DNA of 50,770 nt from Candidatus Omnitrophota bacterium (GTDB taxonomy: Bacteria; Omnitrophota; Gorgyraeia; Zapsychrales; Aceulaceae), in contig JAKQPK010000059.1 of NCBI GenBank assembly GCA_029564765.1, forward strand, positions 1-50,770. Direction: 5' to 3'. A model generated the notes under the pieces. That model had not been told where the DNA came from, did no database searches, and saw nothing but the letters and a program-made list of their open reading frames with translations. The position numbers and the translations under genes are program-made. Positions 47,064-50,770 of this stretch are shown piece by piece; position 1 is the first letter of the stretch; every line of letters starts with the position of its first letter.

Positions 47064-48488
47064 TCAATCGCTGGAGGGCTTTGCGGATGCAAGAGATATG
47101 CCGCTGAGGCCGTTGACCGAAGCGTGCGTGATCTCGACTTTGATAAATTCCCCTACGTGATATTTTCCATCAGGTATGCTGACGATCTTATTGTTGTCAC
47201 AGCGGCCCCGCCAGCCGTTCTCATAGCGCTCTTCAATGAGGACTTCCTGGATGCTACCAATGAGTTTCTGGTTTTCTTCTAGCGCGATTTGGCGCTGAAG
47301 TTCATTTAAGAAGACAATGCGCTTTGTTTTTTCTTCGGGTCTTACATCATCTGTAAATTTGCGCGCGGCAACTGTACCGTTACGTGGCGAATATTTAAAA
47401 ATGAACGCCGAATCAAACCGCACTTTTTTAATGACGCTGAGCGTGTCTTTGAAATCCTTTTCTTTTTCTGTTGGGAAGCCGACGATCACGTCCGTTGTCA
47501 GGGCGACCTGCGGGCATTTCGCGCGCAGCCTGTCAACCAGCGCAAGATAATCATTTTTGGTGTAACAGCGGTTCATCAGTTTCAAGATGCGGCTGCTTCC
47601 TGACTGAAGCGGCAAATGAACATGCTTACAGATATTCGGGCGCTCCGCGATCAGATCGATAAGCCTTAAAGAGAGGTCTTTGGGGTGCGGGGACATAAAA
47701 CGGATACGCTTGAGTCCTTTGATCTGGCTGATCTTGTCGAGCAATAAAGGAAAATCAGTTTTTCCATCCTTGTACGAATTGACATTCTGCCCTAACAAAG
47801 TGACCTGCGGATAACCGTCGCGCACAAGTTTTTTGATCTCCTGAAGGATGCTTGCAACGCTGCGGCTTCGCTCCCGCCCCCGCGCGTAAGGCACGATGCA
47901 AAAGGTGCAAAAGTTGTTACAGCCGCGCGTGATGGCAACCCATGCATTGACTTTTCGCGGATGCGAAAAGTCATCCTGAGGCAAGGCCGAAGGATTTCCG
48001 CTAAAAGAACCTCGGATGGGAGAGATCCCGTCGTAATTTTCATTCTTCGAAAGTTCGATATCTGCAATTTTTATTTCGTTTTGTGCTTGTTGGATGATCT
48101 CGGGCAATCGGCGATAACTATCCGGCCCGCAAATAAGATCAATGCCAAGTTTTTTATTCTTGAAAAGGCTTTGCTTCGCGTCAGTGGCCATACATCCTAA
48201 GATGCCAATAATTGGCCGCCGACCGAGTTCGTGGCGAAACTCATAGATCTGGCCAAAAACCTTGCGTGTCGCGCTATCCCGCACTGAGCAGGTATTGAGC
48301 AAAATAATGTCGGCTTTCTCTTCGTTGTCGGCAAAACGGTAGCCCGCGTTAAAAAGAATTGACTTCACGAGTTCAGAATCATACTCGTTCATTTGGCATC
48401 CGAAGGTACGCAAAAGCACACGTAGCTTCTTCGGGCTTTTGCCTCCGGAATCGCCTGTATTGTCGTCTTTTCGTTCGTTTTCAACCAT
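47064..48488 (-). CDS. miaB: tRNA-i6A37 methylthiotransferase
   Basis: 474 aa. UPF0004 domain TFGCQMNEYDSE, radical-SAM GCNNFCTFCIVP, and a TRAM domain at the C-terminus. Confidence 0.93.
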   Translation of the reverse strand: MVENERKDDNTGDSGGKSPKKLRVLLRTFGCQMNEYDSELVKSILFNAGYRFADNEEKADIILLNTCSVRDSATRKVFGQIYEFRHELGRRPIIGILGCMATDAKQSLFKNKKLGIDLICGPDSYRRLPEIIQQAQNEIKIADIELSKNENYDGISPIRGSFSGNPSALPQDDFSHPRKVNAWVAITRGCNNFCTFCIVPYARGRERSRSVASILQEIKKLVRDGYPQVTLLGQNVNSYKDGKTDFPLLLDKISQIKGLKRIRFMSPHPKDLSLRLIDLIAERPNICKHVHLPLQSGSSRILKLMNRCYTKNDYLALVDRLRAKCPQVALTTDVIVGFPTEKEKDFKDTLSVIKKVRFDSAFIFKYSPRNGTVAARKFTDDVRPEEKTKRIVFLNELQRQIALEENQKLIGSIQEVLIEERYENGWRGRCDNNKIVSIPDGKYHVGEFIKVEITHASVNGLSGISLASAKPSSD

Positions 48489-50074
48489 TTCATCCCCTCT
48501 TCATAGCAAGTCTTCCAAGGCTCATTCAACTCAAACTTCACGATTTCCTGATTCTGGATAGTAATCGACTTAAAGACAATCCGCATGAACGTCTTTATAA
48601 GGTAGTCCAATTGGTGATTGTCGCTTTCGGGCGTACTGCGCAACCTTAAAAGGAAATCCTGCGTCGCTTTCACCAAATTGACGGAATTGCGCTTGTCCAG
48701 AATCTTAAGATGAATGGCCTTGATATCCTGCTTTAGTTTTTTCTCCTCATTACTTAAAAGCTCGGCTCTGTCCTTATAAAGCCCCATATTTATTTTGTCT
48801 TCTGAAAATAATTCGTATATAGCCCTTTGCTTCTCCACGTTCTTTTTAAGAAGCGCTTCCTTCTCCTCCAACTGCTCCATATATACCCGCTCCGGCTCAG
48901 AAGCGTTAAGCCGAATCATGTCGCCTAATTCTTCCAGCACGTGAAGATTTTTTCTAATAACTTCAACGATATCCCAGACCTGCTTATTGATAGCATCAGC
49001 AGTCACGGATTTATTGTTGCACTTAATATACCGAATCCCTCTAGACGAACATCTATACCACGGACGCCTCATTTTGGTGCGGTGATTAACGATATGCGTC
49101 ATCCCGCGATAATTACCGCCGCATTCATTGCATTTTAATATACCGGAAAGATGATAAACATTATTCCTGAATCTAACTATGCCATTAGTGCGGTTTCGCT
49201 TGAGAAGCGTGGAAGCCTCGTCAAACTCCCTTTGCGAAATAATCGGCTCGTGCGTATTCGGGACCTCGATGATCTTGGAAGGATCATTCTTGATATAGCA
49301 ATATCCCTTTCCCTCGCCATTTTTAGTCTTGATCTTTGTATCGTAACGCCGCTTATTCCAGACCAGCATTCCCAAATACACTTTATTTTTAAGGATATCC
49401 GAGATGAATTTAGTATAAAACTTCCCGCCCTGCCGCGAAGGGATACCAAGCATGTAATAATGCCCGGCAATCTGCGAAGTGCTCTTGCCATTTATATACA
49501 TCGAGAAAATTTCTTTGACGATTTTCGCTTCTTCAGGGTGGACTTCCAGTTTCTTGGCTTCCTTATTATAACGATAGCCATACGGCGCGTAACGCGCTCC
49601 CTGCCAATGCCCCCGCTTAACACCTACAACCATACCCGGAAAAACGCGCTCAACTAAACGATTACGCTCAAATTCCGCGCAACTGCCAAGCATTTGAATC
49701 GCCATTTTGCCCGCGCTCGATGTAGTATCAAACGGCTCAGTCGCTGATTTATAGCCAACACCCAAAGAATCAATCTCCTCAAGCAATCCTAACAGATCCT
49801 TGAGCCGACGACTTAAGCGATCTTGTTTATACACCAAGACCAAATCAAACTGCTTATTGCGGGCATCGAAGAGAAGCCTCTGTAATGCCGGTCTATCCAT
49901 ATTGCCGCCGGAATAGCCGTCATCCATATAAACATCCCGGCCCGACATACTGCAAAAAACATCCCAGCCGAAGTTCTTCGCATATTGCAAAAGATACGTT
50001 CTCTGCACCTCCAGCGAAAATCCTTCGCGAGCTTGATCCTCTGTGCTAACTCTTGTGTATAACGCTACCCTCAT
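48389..50074 (-). CDS. Large serine recombinase (phage-integrase-type, resolvase/invertase catalytic domain)
   Basis: 561 aa. MRVALYTRVSTEDQ (catalytic Ser), ..DDGYSGGNMDRPALQ.., a recombinase domain, the Cys-rich zinc ribbon CNECGG..YRG...WYRCSSRG..KC, and a long coiled-coil C-terminus. Confidence 0.92.
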   Translation of the reverse strand: MRVALYTRVSTEDQAREGFSLEVQRTYLLQYAKNFGWDVFCSMSGRDVYMDDGYSGGNMDRPALQRLLFDARNKQFDLVLVYKQDRLSRRLKDLLGLLEEIDSLGVGYKSATEPFDTTSSAGKMAIQMLGSCAEFERNRLVERVFPGMVVGVKRGHWQGARYAPYGYRYNKEAKKLEVHPEEAKIVKEIFSMYINGKSTSQIAGHYYMLGIPSRQGGKFYTKFISDILKNKVYLGMLVWNKRRYDTKIKTKNGEGKGYCYIKNDPSKIIEVPNTHEPIISQREFDEASTLLKRNRTNGIVRFRNNVYHLSGILKCNECGGNYRGMTHIVNHRTKMRRPWYRCSSRGIRYIKCNNKSVTADAINKQVWDIVEVIRKNLHVLEELGDMIRLNASEPERVYMEQLEEKEALLKKNVEKQRAIYELFSEDKINMGLYKDRAELLSNEEKKLKQDIKAIHLKILDKRNSVNLVKATQDFLLRLRSTPESDNHQLDYLIKTFMRIVFKSITIQNQEIVKFELNEPWKTCYEEGMKWLKTNEKTTIQAIPEAKARRSYVCFCVPSDAK

Positions 50075-50252
50075 TAGTATCCTTTAGTGTCTCCCGCCAT
50101 TCTTTAATCTTGGCGATACACTCGTCCGTAAACACGGGCCAGTCTTTGTAGTCGCGCTTGGGCTTAACCCAACCCTTGCGGATCCAATTGATCATGGTCT
50201 GCCGGTGAACACCCAGCTTTTTTGCCGTCTCTGTCATGGTGTAAGTTTTCAT
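50046..50252 (-). CDS. Small HTH DNA-binding protein (excisionase/MerR-like), possible RDF or regulator
   Basis: 68 aa from ATG 50252 (SD GAGGGTG 6 nt upstream; the track start at 50261 is GTG). YTMTETAKKLGVHRQTMINWIRKGWVKP matches the HTH_17 pattern. It overlaps the recombinase start by 29 nt. Confidence 0.7.
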   Translation of the reverse strand: MKTYTMTETAKKLGVHRQTMINWIRKGWVKPKRDYKDWPVFTDECIAKIKEWRETLKDTNEGSVIHKS

Positions 50253-50300
50253 AATTGGCACCCTCTAAGATTAGTGCCCAGTATACCGTATTATACAACC

Positions 50301-50498
50301 CTATACAAGGGTTTTCTTCTCCGCGTCATACGAGGACAGGAACATTTTTGACAACAACTCAATGCCTTCAAAAAAGGATTTACGCGCCTCCTGAATCTCA
50401 ATGCTGGATAGGCCGCGGCCTTTTAGCTTTATCTCTAAAGCATCCCAGCCCCTAAGGCTAACCGCCTGATCATTATTTGTGCGTACATCCTTGCTCAT
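50301..50498 (-). CDS. Hypothetical small protein of the element
   Basis: 65 aa from ATG 50498 (the track start at 50504 is GTG). I recognise no motif. It is co-directional with the HTH and recombinase genes. Confidence 0.4.
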   Translation of the reverse strand: MSKDVRTNNDQAVSLRGWDALEIKLKGRGLSSIEIQEARKSFFEGIELLSKMFLSSYDAEKKTLV

Positions 50499-50512
50499 TT
50501 TCACCGCTACCC

Positions 50513-50530
50513 ATTAGGACATTAGGACAT
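50513..50530. repeat. Tandem direct repeat ATTAGGAC x2 (+AT)
   Basis: ATTAGGAC at 50513-50520 and 50521-50528, followed by AT. It lies 15-30 nt upstream of the orf start on the minus strand. Confidence 0.8.
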
Positions 50531-50556
50531 TTTTCGTGTCGTATGATGTCCGGTTT

Positions 50557-50597
50557 CACTGACATACTGACATAACTCGTGTCAGTGAATGTCAGTC
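50557..50597. repeat. Dyad array of four ACTGACA/TGTCAGT boxes (operator- or iteron-like)
   Basis: ACTGACA at 50558-64 and 50566-72. TGTCAGT at 50580-86 and 50590-96. A fifth ACTGACA lies at 50742-48. Confidence 0.8.
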
Positions 50598-50770
50598 AAA
50601 ACACCCCTCAAAACCATCGAAATACCCAAAAATTGACACTTTTTCCGCAAAAAATGCCTGTTTTGAGCCTTCCTGACCACATTTTGACGCTCTCCGGATA
50701 ACCCCATATGACATGACATCACTTTTTCAAAATTTTAGATCACTGACAAACTGCGCCTCGCCCGACCCTC

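Larger units (their letters stand above)
48389..50770 (-). mobile_element. Visible edge of an integrative element (orf - HTH - large serine recombinase); left junction uncertain (about 48250-48550), right end beyond the window
   Basis: Recombinase module. GATC density falls to about the random expectation, against about 4-fold enrichment in sampled chromosome. The recombinase ORF overlaps miaB by 100 nt. A repeat-rich non-coding region lies at 50505-50770. Confidence 0.6.

Noticed and set aside
50513-50597. A miniature CRISPR array or tRNA-like att site in the repeat-rich region.
   Set aside because: The repeats are only 7-8 nt, either contiguous or separated by 1-7 nt. There is no spacer-sized unique sequence and no cloverleaf-compatible pairing.

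Overview
Compact chromosomal segment, roughly 96% coding by my gene calls. About 50 of 53 genes are on the minus strand. It comes from a diderm bacterium whose taxon I cannot assign from sequence alone.

Left to right:
(i) 1-7.7 kb: a tightly coupled type IV filament (T4P/T2SS-like) operon. On the minus strand it reads HTH - PilM::PilN fusion - PilO-like - PilP-like - secretin - MshEN-type ATPase - platform protein - pilin (truncated at the window edge).
(ii) 7.8-14.3 kb: a PilX-like protein, a TM zinc-ribbon protein, a TolA/TonB-position protein, ExbD/TolR, ExbB/TolQ, an 822-aa TPR protein and a 628-aa polytopic membrane protein.
(iii) uvrA.
(iv) 17.1-32.1 kb: a ~15 kb co-directional string, argCJBDFGH-lysA-dapF-dapA-dapB-dapL-folK-panC-nadX. 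It ends with a small tandem-duplicated basic protein and a hairpin.
(v) 32.2-39.8 kb: rplM-rpsI, truA, asd, a leuB-like gene, fabG-acpP-fabF, rlpA and folE-folB.
(vi) 39.9-48.5 kb: a PHP phosphatase, trmB, divergent ispG/ispH, murB, a NifU-like gene, a 4-OT family gene, metXW and miaB.
(vii) 48.4-50.77 kb: the visible edge of a mobile element (orf - HTH - large serine recombinase). The recombinase ORF runs 100 nt into miaB.

I recognised no rRNA, tRNA or CRISPR array.

Most notable observations:
- The recombinase element and its ACTGACA box array.
- A sharp GATC-density break at the element.
- The HTH-first, ATGA-coupled pilus operon with a c-di-GMP-type MshEN motif.
- A likely non-canonical (ATC) start for metX.
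- The small repeat protein.

I see no unambiguous novel multi-gene system. The element cargo lies beyond the right edge of the window.
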